From a virus, in IMG/VR virus record IMGVR_UViG_3300025585_000039, positions 1 to 64,000 of that record: a stretch of 64,000 nucleotides of DNA. One strand, given 5' to 3'. The position numbers and the translations under genes were made by a program. The notes under the pieces were generated by a model, which searched no databases, was not told the origin of the DNA, and saw only the letters and a list, made by a program, of their open reading frames with translations. Each line of letters opens with the position of its first letter. The first letter of the stretch is position 1. Shown here in pieces: positions 54,416 through 64,000 of this stretch.

Positions 54416-55572
54416 TATTGCACATCCAGGGCAAATCTAAATTCTAGGTAATTAGTTGTATTTTGTAATTTTACAATTGTTTCTGCATTTGTATTTTTAA
54501 TAACAGAATATCCAGTTAATCCGTACAAAGCATTTTCTGTTGAAACATTTTCAAGTCTCATTGCATCAATACACACAAAGAAATTTTCTGATGGCTCACC
54601 ATTTTTAATAACACATGAATAAATCTTTACAACATTAATAGCACTCCAGGCAAATGGGTTTGTTTTAAATAGTTCTTGTAATTGCTTTTTGACAACAACA
54701 TATCGGTTAGTGCTAAAGTCATACTGTCCTGATCCTGTGCCATTTGGTACATCGATTTCTAATTTTGCTGTTTGGCTAGATGATAAATTAGATCCACCAT
54801 CATCTGAAGAAAATTCAACAATAATACGAACAGCATCTGGAACTTCATTTGAATCTGCAATAGTATTTGCTACACTGAAAGCAAATCGTAACTCATCTGT
54901 TGGTGCATTCTTGCTAAAGTCTGCTACTAATCCAGATTGATGAATATGGTTCTCATCTCCAACAACGGAAAGTCTAGAAATACCATTAACTGTTTGTTTT
55001 TGAATATTGCAATGATTACCTCTAACAGCAACAATATTATTTAAAAATCGGCAACGCTCATATCTTGCAACTCTGTTTGCATCATTAAATACTCTATTGT
55101 TAGCGTTTGTTTGTAAAACATTGAGATCTGTAACAATATTATTACTATCTTCTGAACCATTTAGTGGTGTGTATATTGATGGAATTGACGTTGCCTGCTC
55201 TTCTCCAGAAAGGTGCTCTTCCCAGTTTTCCTCTGGAGAATAAGCAAACAAAGTTTTACTGTCATAAGCACCTGCTGTATTATTGGATCCTGCAGAATAA
55301 ATTCCTACTTCAGATAACTCATATCTTTCTTCACTAGGTAGTTCAGCAGTAAATACAATCTTAGAAATACCGTTCTCAGTTACAAAGCCACGAGAAGCAA
55401 TTGGAACACGAAACATCTCAAAATCTAGGTTTGTCTTATTTGAATAATCTGCAAAGTTGTCCCCAGTATCTAGAGGGGTTGGTCCACATCCAACAGCAAT
55501 GTAAGAGGCGTAGGCTGGAGCCTGGCCAATAAGGTATTTGGCTAAAATTCTTTTCCCAGTATTAGTAATCAT
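54415..55572 (-). CDS. probable minor tail/baseplate protein
   Basis: MITNTGK..LAKYL...AVG.G...E.G.Y; context. Confidence 0.65.
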   Translation of the reverse strand: MITNTGKRILAKYLIGQAPAYASYIAVGCGPTPLDTGDNFADYSNKTNLDFEMFRVPIASRGFVTENGISKIVFTAELPSEERYELSEVGIYSAGSNNTAGAYDSKTLFAYSPEENWEEHLSGEEQATSIPSIYTPLNGSEDSNNIVTDLNVLQTNANNRVFNDANRVARYERCRFLNNIVAVRGNHCNIQKQTVNGISRLSVVGDENHIHQSGLVADFSKNAPTDELRFAFSVANTIADSNEVPDAVRIIVEFSSDDGGSNLSSSQTAKLEIDVPNGTGSGQYDFSTNRYVVVKKQLQELFKTNPFAWSAINVVKIYSCVIKNGEPSENFFVCIDAMRLENVSTENALYGLTGYSVIKNTNAETIVKLQNTTNYLEFRFALDVQ

Positions 55573-56063
55573 TAATTATTCACCTCATATATTGTATCAT
55601 TAAGTAGGTCCCCAGCGTTTAGCATTTGAACCTCTACCTGCTCGTCTTCTTCTAGGTTAATAACATTAATAATGATGTCCCCAGTTTCTGAATCGATATA
55701 GACAATTTCCCCATTGGGTCCAGTACCAACATCTGGCACCTTGTTTTCAAACTTGATTGGGAAATTCTTAAAAAATGTATTTGCAGTATTTTGTAATGAT
55801 AAAACATTTTGTGGATTATATTGCAAATAAATGCTTGTTAGGTTTTTGATTGGTTGGTAGGATACTAGTTGACCTGCAACAATATCGTTTCTTGCTATAT
55901 TAATAATTTCCTCAGCACCTATATCCTCAAATAGAAGGTCTGTCATTACCTCTACTGGTACGACCTCTTCTGTTGTAATAATTAGATCAGGTGTCGCTAC
56001 TTTGATTCCTGACGTTGATGTTGATGGAACAATTGTTGGTAAGTTGGGTGTTGCCTCTACCAT
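55572..56063 (-). CDS. probable minor tail protein
   Basis: acidic ORF coupled within the tail operon. Confidence 0.6.
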   Translation of the reverse strand: MVEATPNLPTIVPSTSTSGIKVATPDLIITTEEVVPVEVMTDLLFEDIGAEEIINIARNDIVAGQLVSYQPIKNLTSIYLQYNPQNVLSLQNTANTFFKNFPIKFENKVPDVGTGPNGEIVYIDSETGDIIINVINLEEDEQVEVQMLNAGDLLNDTIYEVNN

Positions 56064-59000
56064 TATTTTACCTCACTTAAAAATACCGTCATGTTAGGGC
56101 CATGACCATCTTTGCTATATTCAATATTATATACTACAAAACGGTCTGTATCTGAAACCAAAACATCTACATCTTCTTGTTTAAATTTAATATTAACAAT
56201 ATCTCCAAGTTGTAATGTTGGCATTGCAAATATTTTAAGACCAATAGATTTTCTTGGCTTAGAGATTTTTGAAATAATCCATTCCATCATATTTTGTGCA
56301 TCGTCATATGATTGTATGTATGGTGCATTTAATGAAAAATCTTTTTTACCATGAGTTAATCTACTTATTTTAATATCCTCATAAAGTTTATTAACCTTAA
56401 ATGGAGAAGATATTAAATTGGTTCCCTTAAATTGTGGATTAGAAAAATTAGAATTTTTAGTAAAATATTCATCCACAGTATAATCATTCTGAGACTGCTG
56501 CGTAAATGTTACGCCCTGAATTCTTAAATAATTTCCACTACCGCTGTCCAAACTTAATGCTTTGTCTGTTGCATTAAATACCATAAATTCTGCTGCATAC
56601 GATCCTGCCCTAAAGCCAGAGACGGTATATCCCTTAATGTTATTAAATGTTGGTGACAATTTTGCATAAAGTGCAGGAAAGGCTTTATCATATTTTACAT
56701 TAAAGTAATGTGCCTCTCTCATGATTGTGCCAAATTCGTCAAAGTATATCTTATATGCAGGTGGTTCTGCTGGATTGATTCCAGATAGGTATGTGCCCTG
56801 AATTACACCACTCATTGCATATTTTCTAAAAGCCTCATTGGTATTAATTTCACTATCAGAATATATATTGTTTATAGGTAGGTCTAGGGCATATGCGGTA
56901 TTCTGACTATAGTTATTTGTTAATGCATAAACATTTTCAAACATTACCCTGGAAGATCCACGCAAAAATAATGCCATATTATTATATTTTGGTAGAGGAT
57001 CTGTATCATCTACTGTAGCAACAAGTCTGTTATTAATATACAAGAAAAACCTTCTTATATTTCCTATGTCCAAATATTCTACTCCAAGGTCATATACCGT
57101 TTGCTTATCTTGTCCAGAAATTCTATATTGGCCAACAAGCGTTCCAGAGTCTACTAAAACCTCGGCAAGTCCAGACCATAGTTTAATTGGAACTGCTAAT
57201 TCACCAGATGCGTCTTTTTTAATTTTATAAAAAATAACATTACTTACTCCAGAATCCTGATCACTATACGCCTCTATATTGTTTGCTGTAAGTGCTGCCA
57301 ACTCAAAGTAATATCCATTGTTTGTATTTGGATTAACCATAACTGCTAAACCACCAGAAGATCCACCAATCTGTAAACTATTTTGTGGGGTGGTTCCTGT
57401 AACAGTATAATATATACCAGTTCCAATTGGTGTTTGACCACGACTCTCACTATTTTCAATTTTACCAATAATACGCATACGTGTACCAAAATGCTTAAAT
57501 CTATCATTCAATGGTTTATAAACATAAGAAATATAATCTAATGGTCTATCTGCTGTTGCAAAAGAAGGGCCATTCATTACCAGAGCAGATGACTGAACGG
57601 TACCAGTATCTGTACTCTTTTTGCTATTAACTTCTGTTTCTGTTAAATATCTACTTGACAAAAAGTTTCTAATAATTCCATTTCTTGTAGTGTTATTAGC
57701 AAGTGTTTGTCTCATACCTGCGACACCTTCAACTGTTGCAGGCAATACCTTATCTGTAAATAAATAGTCTGCATTCATTTGACATGCACGAACATACGCA
57801 TTGTCTGACCAGTTAGATGCTAGTCCTGCGTTATGTGAAACTATAGGTGTTCCAAATTGTCCTCTACCGTGTTTTGCAACTGCACCATTTTTGAGCATAA
57901 GGACTCCGCCAACCTCTTCATAGTTTGGTTCGCTATAAATTCTGATCAATCCAGTTGGATAGATTTTTCCATTAAAAGGTAGTTTAGAAAAATAGTTCTG
58001 ATACTCTTGTGTGCTTGTAATCCAAACATTTCCAAATCCAGAAATGTTAAATTGTGCAGCATCAAATTTGATAATTTCACCATTGGCATAGAAGTATCCA
58101 TTGTATCTGGTTAACCAGGAAATGCCTTCACCAAAGTCCATGGTATTGTTTACAACCATTCTATTTACTACTGTCGGTACAGCACTTGAAAGATCTGTAT
58201 TTAATGGAATAGCAGCAAGGGCAAAGTTGGACATATTTGTAACGTTTTGATTAACAGACTTGATTGCTTCTGTACCCGTGGCTTCCCACAATAGAGCAGG
58301 TTGATAAATCCAGGTCTTGTCTTGATCAACCATGCTTGCCTGCTTGATTGAGCCATACTGTCTTTGTATATGCTTTGTATTATATGTAATTCTTCCATCA
58401 TTGATAATTGCATTGTCTTGAGAGGCAACTTCAATAATGTTAGCCAATTTTGTTGATGTTGGTTTATTTTTGTAGACACCAGTTTTTTCAAAATCTTGTG
58501 TACCATATAGTGTCATGTCAATGCCTCTTTGTGTTTCAGAAGGCATAATATAATTTTTTGACATCATTACAAAATTATTATATTCATCAAAAAACATTGC
58601 TGTCTGTGTTGATACTGCTAAATCGTTTAAAATTTCTGCCACAGTTTTATCTGGTGGAATATAGAAAAATGGAATAATAGCATTTGCTTCATTATTAATA
58701 AACTTAAAGACATAGTTAGAAAATCCAACTGAGTCCAACAACAAAGAAACAGCATATGTTAGTGACGCATCTTGGATCAACATCTGAGGGGCAGTAATTG
58801 ATTCAAAATAAAAATATAAATCTCTTAATGTTATGTCAACCTGTCTTGTATTTGCATTGATGGCAGGAAAACCTTCGGAGTACATTGTCTTGATTGGAAT
58901 ATAATAATCATATCCATCAACATTTACAATAATCTCATAAAACTTAATTTGAAGATGTCTTGATGTATACTTTGCAATAATGCTATTTGGATTATTAATA

Positions 59001-60343
59001 TTAAAAGAATTGTTATAGTCAAATAGTTGTAGCATACCAGTTGATGCTAATAGTTGACCAACAGGTAGTGCTGAGCCAGATAGATCAGATGCCGACTTTG
59101 TTATTGAATAGTTTGTTGTCAAATCAGAAATATTGGCTGATAGTCTTGGCGAAAGTTCAATAAGGTCAAATGTAGAGTTGGCCTTGTTCATAGTTTCTAC
59201 CACTATTCTGATACCCTGAATATATTCAAACTGTCTATACTTATTAGATGCTGTCATAGGATCATTAAAATAATCTGGATTTGATAAGTCTGTTACAAAG
59301 TTGGTGAGTCTATCTACCGTTTCTTCTTGTAGATACCATCCATATGTTGGTACAAAGGTTTCATAGGCTTCTCCAGTCCAAATATGAAATGTTCCAATAT
59401 CATGCTGGCTATTTTTAATTAAGTAAGCATATCCAACAATAGACTTTTCTGGTAAAAAGGTGATTGTATTATAGTCTTCTGCATAAATAAAGATGTCCCT
59501 ATATTTATCTGGAACAATTAATCCATATGCAAGTTCAACATAGCCGTCAGACTTAATAATCTTAGTTCCATCTTTTCTAACAGATGCTTTATTAAAAGAT
59601 ATTGCATCGACCCAATTATTATTTTTTAAAAACTGTACCTTCCATTTTTGTGGAGTTGTTTGGTTAGCATCTCCATATAGTGGATCTGAGAATGTTCCTG
59701 CATTTGTTGAGAAAGGTCCAAGATCTGTTGAGCCAACATTTGTTTGCATTTTGATTACTACTCTATTTGATGGTACCTGATCTTTATAAACTACATATGG
59801 AGCAGTATCATCAATATAGAAATCGCCATTAATATTGTTATTAGCAAGACCACGCTCTACGTTATTCTCTGTACGAAAAGATGTCCAGTATTTAAAAGTA
59901 TCGTTTTTGTCTGCCATGTAATATCTTGGTCTTGTTGACATATTCAAATTAGAATGATGGACATATTTGCCATTTAAATAAACTGCCTTATTAATACCAG
60001 ATCTAGGTCTAATCACACCGAAGCAATCTTCTAGAGAGTATAACAGTTTCATCTTATCTTTTACTGATTTAAATACTTGTGGCTGATCATCCTCATCAAT
60101 TCCACCATCAACTGTAATATCTGAATCAGTTGCATCTGTATAATGTCCGTTAATATCATTTTCATCAAATGACGGATTGATATTTTTATACAGAGATTCA
60201 GGGTCTGTTGGTCTATATCTATAATTTCCAATTTGTAAAATATTTGTTGGAATATTCATGTTCCACTCAGCCACAATTGCTGACTGTGTTTTAATTGTAG
60301 AAGAAGTCTCTAGATGATTTTGTAGATCTGTATCTTGAAACAT
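56063..60343 (-). CDS. large minor tail (hub/Tal-like) protein
   Basis: about 1426 aa; FFDEYNNF, P.LQLGD.V C-terminus; second gene after the tape measure. Confidence 0.7.
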   Translation of the reverse strand: MFQDTDLQNHLETSSTIKTQSAIVAEWNMNIPTNILQIGNYRYRPTDPESLYKNINPSFDENDINGHYTDATDSDITVDGGIDEDDQPQVFKSVKDKMKLLYSLEDCFGVIRPRSGINKAVYLNGKYVHHSNLNMSTRPRYYMADKNDTFKYWTSFRTENNVERGLANNNINGDFYIDDTAPYVVYKDQVPSNRVVIKMQTNVGSTDLGPFSTNAGTFSDPLYGDANQTTPQKWKVQFLKNNNWVDAISFNKASVRKDGTKIIKSDGYVELAYGLIVPDKYRDIFIYAEDYNTITFLPEKSIVGYAYLIKNSQHDIGTFHIWTGEAYETFVPTYGWYLQEETVDRLTNFVTDLSNPDYFNDPMTASNKYRQFEYIQGIRIVVETMNKANSTFDLIELSPRLSANISDLTTNYSITKSASDLSGSALPVGQLLASTGMLQLFDYNNSFNINNPNSIIAKYTSRHLQIKFYEIIVNVDGYDYYIPIKTMYSEGFPAINANTRQVDITLRDLYFYFESITAPQMLIQDASLTYAVSLLLDSVGFSNYVFKFINNEANAIIPFFYIPPDKTVAEILNDLAVSTQTAMFFDEYNNFVMMSKNYIMPSETQRGIDMTLYGTQDFEKTGVYKNKPTSTKLANIIEVASQDNAIINDGRITYNTKHIQRQYGSIKQASMVDQDKTWIYQPALLWEATGTEAIKSVNQNVTNMSNFALAAIPLNTDLSSAVPTVVNRMVVNNTMDFGEGISWLTRYNGYFYANGEIIKFDAAQFNISGFGNVWITSTQEYQNYFSKLPFNGKIYPTGLIRIYSEPNYEEVGGVLMLKNGAVAKHGRGQFGTPIVSHNAGLASNWSDNAYVRACQMNADYLFTDKVLPATVEGVAGMRQTLANNTTRNGIIRNFLSSRYLTETEVNSKKSTDTGTVQSSALVMNGPSFATADRPLDYISYVYKPLNDRFKHFGTRMRIIGKIENSESRGQTPIGTGIYYTVTGTTPQNSLQIGGSSGGLAVMVNPNTNNGYYFELAALTANNIEAYSDQDSGVSNVIFYKIKKDASGELAVPIKLWSGLAEVLVDSGTLVGQYRISGQDKQTVYDLGVEYLDIGNIRRFFLYINNRLVATVDDTDPLPKYNNMALFLRGSSRVMFENVYALTNNYSQNTAYALDLPINNIYSDSEINTNEAFRKYAMSGVIQGTYLSGINPAEPPAYKIYFDEFGTIMREAHYFNVKYDKAFPALYAKLSPTFNNIKGYTVSGFRAGSYAAEFMVFNATDKALSLDSGSGNYLRIQGVTFTQQSQNDYTVDEYFTKNSNFSNPQFKGTNLISSPFKVNKLYEDIKISRLTHGKKDFSLNAPYIQSYDDAQNMMEWIISKISKPRKSIGLKIFAMPTLQLGDIVNIKFKQEDVDVLVSDTDRFVVYNIEYSKDGHGPNMTVFLSEVK

Positions 60344-61002
60344 TATACCTCTTCCAGGGTTACATTGATATTCCACATGTCATGACCAACAATGCCACCT
60401 TCTGACGATGTTCCAGTACCCCTCTTAGCAACATTATATGAAAAGTTTGATATATAAACTTCAATCAATTCGTTATATTGGTTAATGTGTCCAAATGGTT
60501 CTTCAGCATTTTTAAAGTTCTTATAGTTATCATATGCAAGAAACATCCAGAATGGACCAGTATGATTATTGTACCAATCTAATAACTCTACTCCACCTGC
60601 TCCACCATCAGCAGTATATTCGTATTCGCTCTTATGGTATGGAGACTTTCCTTGAGAATTAAATTCAGCATTCATGTTATATGCTCTAGATGGAAGCATA
60701 TCCCAAGACATTGAAACTGTCATCTTGTCTGCTGTATGGTAAGACCTCATCCTACCATTAATCATTCTCTCACGTGTTTCTATTCTGGTTGGTGAAAAAT
60801 CTAATGGAGATCTATTGTGATCTGATAAAATAAGGAATTGGTTATATAGTGTTGTATCTGATGTACCGCCAGTATACTGACCAACCTCTAACCCATTTGG
60901 AACATACAGTCCATTAACAAGCGTTCCAGAATTCTCTGACCATAAAACTGCCTGTGGTCTTTGATATCTTTGTCTACCATTCATATAGGCCGTGGTACTC
61001 AT
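60343..61002 (-). CDS. distal tail (Dit-like) protein
   Basis: RMINGRMR...SW..L...LEEV; directly after the tape measure. Confidence 0.65.
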   Translation of the reverse strand: MSTTAYMNGRQRYQRPQAVLWSENSGTLVNGLYVPNGLEVGQYTGGTSDTTLYNQFLILSDHNRSPLDFSPTRIETRERMINGRMRSYHTADKMTVSMSWDMLPSRAYNMNAEFNSQGKSPYHKSEYEYTADGGAGGVELLDWYNNHTGPFWMFLAYDNYKNFKNAEEPFGHINQYNELIEVYISNFSYNVAKRGTGTSSEGGIVGHDMWNINVTLEEV

Positions 61003-64000
61003 TATACTCTTTGCCCCCTAAGTTTTTGAGAATCAATTCTTCGCAATTGTGCCATTACAGTTTGTGCAATGTCTTCTGGTGAAGCATCGGATTGAGCATT
61101 TACTGTCAAGTTATAATTATACATGCTATCACCAATAGATTTTCCGCTATTAATTGCTTTCATTCTATCCAAACCAAAATTACTTACGGCATAACGACTC
61201 ATAACAAATTCTCCAGGTGTTAGCATTGCTGGAACAGTATCTGTTCCCTTTGCATAGCCACCAGCAACAAAATATTTTGGAATAATTCCACCAGCAGATC
61301 TATAATATGAATCTTCATACATCATGATTTTTGTTGCTTTTGTTGCAGCCTCTGCTTCTTTAAGTTTTTGTAATGCTGCTGCTTGTTTTTCTGCTGCTGC
61401 TTGCTGTGCTGCATATGCAATTGCTTGTCCAGTATAACGTGCTGAGGACATTACTCCTGATACGCCACCTAATGCAGCAGTAGCCGCTTTATCAGATAAT
61501 AGGCTTGCTGCCATATCATTAGCAATCTTGCTTGCAGAAGTATCTGTGGTTGTTCCATTCTTTATTGATGTAAGTAGTTTATCTGTTTCGGTTTTTACCG
61601 TTGCATTTGTCTTATCAATATTTCCTGGGTTTGTGGTTGTACCATTGCCTCCGCCTCCGCCACCACCGCCACCGCCAGTGGCACCAGTTCCTGCCTTAAA
61701 TGCTGCTTGTGCTGCGATGGCACCATTGATGGCTGCTATAACGGCATTCCATGCCTGCTCAACAGATATAACACCTGATGCAACAGCGTCCAGATCAATA
61801 GCCATTGTGTCTAGATAATCATTTGTTGCATTAACTGCTTCTTTAATTAACTCCCACTCAGCCTTAGATCTTCCTTGTTTATCAATAATAGCATCGATTG
61901 CCTTTTGCATATCAGTGTTATATTTATTAATAACTTCATTCATCTTATCAAGTTTATCTTGCTCAGCCTTAACCAAATCTTGTGCTTTTTTCAAAGTGGT
62001 TTGTTGAATGGTATAAATCTCATCTTCTTTAGTTCTAACCATTTCTTGCAACTGTGTTCTTGTATAGAGAACGCCATTAATATCAACCTGAATCTTTTCA
62101 ATTTCTTTTTGTTGTTGAATCTCTAGTTGCTTCTTGCGTTCTTGCAAAGCGTCAATAGATGACTGTGTGGAGTTTTCTGCAGCCTTGGCCTGCATATCTT
62201 GTGCAATTTGTGCAGCAGCAGAAATGTCACCTTGAGACAAAGCATCGGCAAGGCTTGTTTTTTGTTTTTCCTGCTCAGCAAGTTTAGAATTAATATCCTT
62301 AACTTTATTTAATGCTTCAATTTGTGAATCAATAGCATCGGTTCTCTTCTTGTAGGCATCATTGATTTTATCTTCTTCTCTACCAATTAAATCAAGGCCT
62401 CTATTCCAAAGAGCAATTTCTTCTTGCTTTTTATCAATTGCTTCATTAATTGCATCAACTTCTTTTTGTTTTGCTTTAACGACTTCTTCTTGTGCTGAAA
62501 TTGCCTGTTGATATTTTTCTGGGGACATGCCCTGTTGTTCAATAAAGTTCTTTCTCTGTTGCTGTTTAATAACAACTTCCTGATATTTGAAATATTGATC
62601 AACTTTGTCTGCTTCAGTTTCCTGTTCTTGTTGTGCAGCAAACTTAGCAGCCTTTAATTCTTTAGCAAGTTGTTTTGTTGCTTCTGCTCCAGCCTTGGCA
62701 CCAGCAATAAAATTCTTAAAGTCATTAGAGTTAATATCTTCTGCTGCTATGTTAGCAGTCAATGCAGCATTTTCCAATACTGCTAAAATCTGACTTGCAG
62801 ATAGGCCAGCCTTTTGTAATTTACCAAATGCAGTAACTTGCTCTTGTGTATTTATAACAATTTGTTGTTGTTGATCAACAAATGTCATTAAAGAATTTTC
62901 TTTAGTAAATTGAAGAATTGCCTTACCCAAATCTCCAAAAATAACCTTTCCATCTTTAAGTCTATAAATTCTATCGCCAAGTTTTTTCAATGTTTCAGAA
63001 TCAATATTATTAATAATGTCAATTGCTTCTTGTGTTGCACCAGCACTACGCATTAGGTTGTCCATGCCCTTGAAGCCAGACATGTCCTTGCTTAATGCTT
63101 TAACAAAATCATTATATGAACCAAGGGCGTTGATTGATTCTAATTTAAACATCTTTAATTTTTTCATTAACTCATCTGTAAATAATGTCTTACGAGTGTT
63201 GCCAGTAGTATCTGTAATAGTTTTTGTGCCTGGAGTTTCTTTTGGATTTTGTAATACCTTTGCAGCCTCTTCTTGTGCTTTTTTAGCATCAGCAATAGTT
63301 TTCTTAAGTCTTGCTTCTTCTAAAATTAAAGCACTATTTGCTCTATCTCCTGCCAATGCCTTTTGAACTTTGTCAAGTGCTTTTTGTGCTTCCTGTATTG
63401 TCATTTGAGCAATAGCACCCTTACTCAAATCTGATGTTTGAATAATCTTAATAGCAACTGAATATTCTTTGCCAGAAATCTGTTCTAATATTTTTGGAAT
63501 AAGAACAAGATCCATCATTGTCAAACTTCCATTAGCAAATCCCATCATCAGGGAAATTTGTGTATTTTTTGGTAACTTGGCCAAATCATCTTTAATTCTT
63601 TTTGCAAATTTTGGATTTGATTTTTCTAATGTAGAAAATACCTGTGTAGCAAGATCTGCCAAAGAATCCTTGGCTAATTCACCACTACTATCAATTTTAT
63701 CTAATGCCTTAACTAATTCGACTGTAGATGATCCAATACCTGCAAAATTATTCCAAATAGCATCAAATTGTTTATTATAATCTTCTTGTTTAATTGCGCC
63801 ATCTGCATACTGCTGATTTAATACAGCCAAACTTTGTGTTTGTTGTTGAAATGCTAAATCTAATTGCATTGATGCTAATTGCACCTTAGATTGTAAATCT
63901 TTATATATTTTAAGTGAATCAATTTCAAGTGGAATATTGAAATTTAGACCACGCATTAACTGTTTTCCAGCACCTAAAACTTCACTCCAGAAACCACCAG
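61002..64000 (-). CDS. tail tape measure protein (5'-truncated by the window)
   Basis: long Ala/Gln/Lys helical ORF open to the window edge; C-terminal A.GG...GTDTVPAMLTPGEFVM. Confidence 0.9.
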   Translation of the reverse strand, partial: GGFWSEVLGAGKQLMRGLNFNIPLEIDSLKIYKDLQSKVQLASMQLDLAFQQQTQSLAVLNQQYADGAIKQEDYNKQFDAIWNNFAGIGSSTVELVKALDKIDSSGELAKDSLADLATQVFSTLEKSNPKFAKRIKDDLAKLPKNTQISLMMGFANGSLTMMDLVLIPKILEQISGKEYSVAIKIIQTSDLSKGAIAQMTIQEAQKALDKVQKALAGDRANSALILEEARLKKTIADAKKAQEEAAKVLQNPKETPGTKTITDTTGNTRKTLFTDELMKKLKMFKLESINALGSYNDFVKALSKDMSGFKGMDNLMRSAGATQEAIDIINNIDSETLKKLGDRIYRLKDGKVIFGDLGKAILQFTKENSLMTFVDQQQQIVINTQEQVTAFGKLQKAGLSASQILAVLENAALTANIAAEDINSNDFKNFIAGAKAGAEATKQLAKELKAAKFAAQQEQETEADKVDQYFKYQEVVIKQQQRKNFIEQQGMSPEKYQQAISAQEEVVKAKQKEVDAINEAIDKKQEEIALWNRGLDLIGREEDKINDAYKKRTDAIDSQIEALNKVKDINSKLAEQEKQKTSLADALSQGDISAAAQIAQDMQAKAAENSTQSSIDALQERKKQLEIQQQKEIEKIQVDINGVLYTRTQLQEMVRTKEDEIYTIQQTTLKKAQDLVKAEQDKLDKMNEVINKYNTDMQKAIDAIIDKQGRSKAEWELIKEAVNATNDYLDTMAIDLDAVASGVISVEQAWNAVIAAINGAIAAQAAFKAGTGATGGGGGGGGGGNGTTTNPGNIDKTNATVKTETDKLLTSIKNGTTTDTSASKIANDMAASLLSDKAATAALGGVSGVMSSARYTGQAIAYAAQQAAAEKQAAALQKLKEAEAATKATKIMMYEDSYYRSAGGIIPKYFVAGGYAKGTDTVPAMLTPGEFVMSRYAVSNFGLDRMKAINSGKSIGDSMYNYNLTVNAQSDASPEDIAQTVMAQLRRIDSQKLRGQRV

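Noticed and set aside
1-64000. stop-codon reassignment
   Set aside because: TAA, TAG and TGA all end recognisable full-length genes, and no suppressor tRNA was seen.

Overview
This is a 64-kb segment of a large, AT-rich tailed-phage genome. The host is very probably an actinobacterium, plausibly a freshwater lineage. Host evidence: a WhiB gene, pervasive leaderless TANNNT-N6/7-ATG promoters, a short-arm tRNA-Leu(UAA), and a DnaE/RecA/DnaB/Cas4-like replication block like those of large actinophages. Layout: (i) 1-380 is non-coding, with tandem consensus promoters, short repeats and tandem DnaA boxes. (ii) 0.4-12 kb is mostly + strand: small early genes, accessory enzymes and 3 tRNAs. (iii) 12-36 kb is mostly - strand accessory genes: Dps, Hsp20, WhiB, endolysin, an APS-kinase fusion, a carbamoyltransferase operon, 5 tRNAs, secreted proteases, and PA14 and S-layer-like surface proteins. 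(iv) 36-53 kb holds terminase and recombination/replication genes. (v) 53-64 kb holds tail genes and the 3' part of the tape measure. The most striking unexplained feature is a dispersed chemical-decoration toolkit: about 11 2OG-Fe(II) oxygenase-type genes, a GT60-like glycosyltransferase, a carbamoyltransferase, 2 methyltransferases, 3 sulfotransferase-like genes, a compact APS kinase/HxGH fusion and 2 SGNH-like genes. It sits near a Pro-rich secreted protein that appears to start at AUA. Two unclassified structured-RNA candidates are also present. All functional calls come from motif recognition by eye; no database searches were run. No CRISPR array, integrase, reverse transcriptase, intein or intron was seen.
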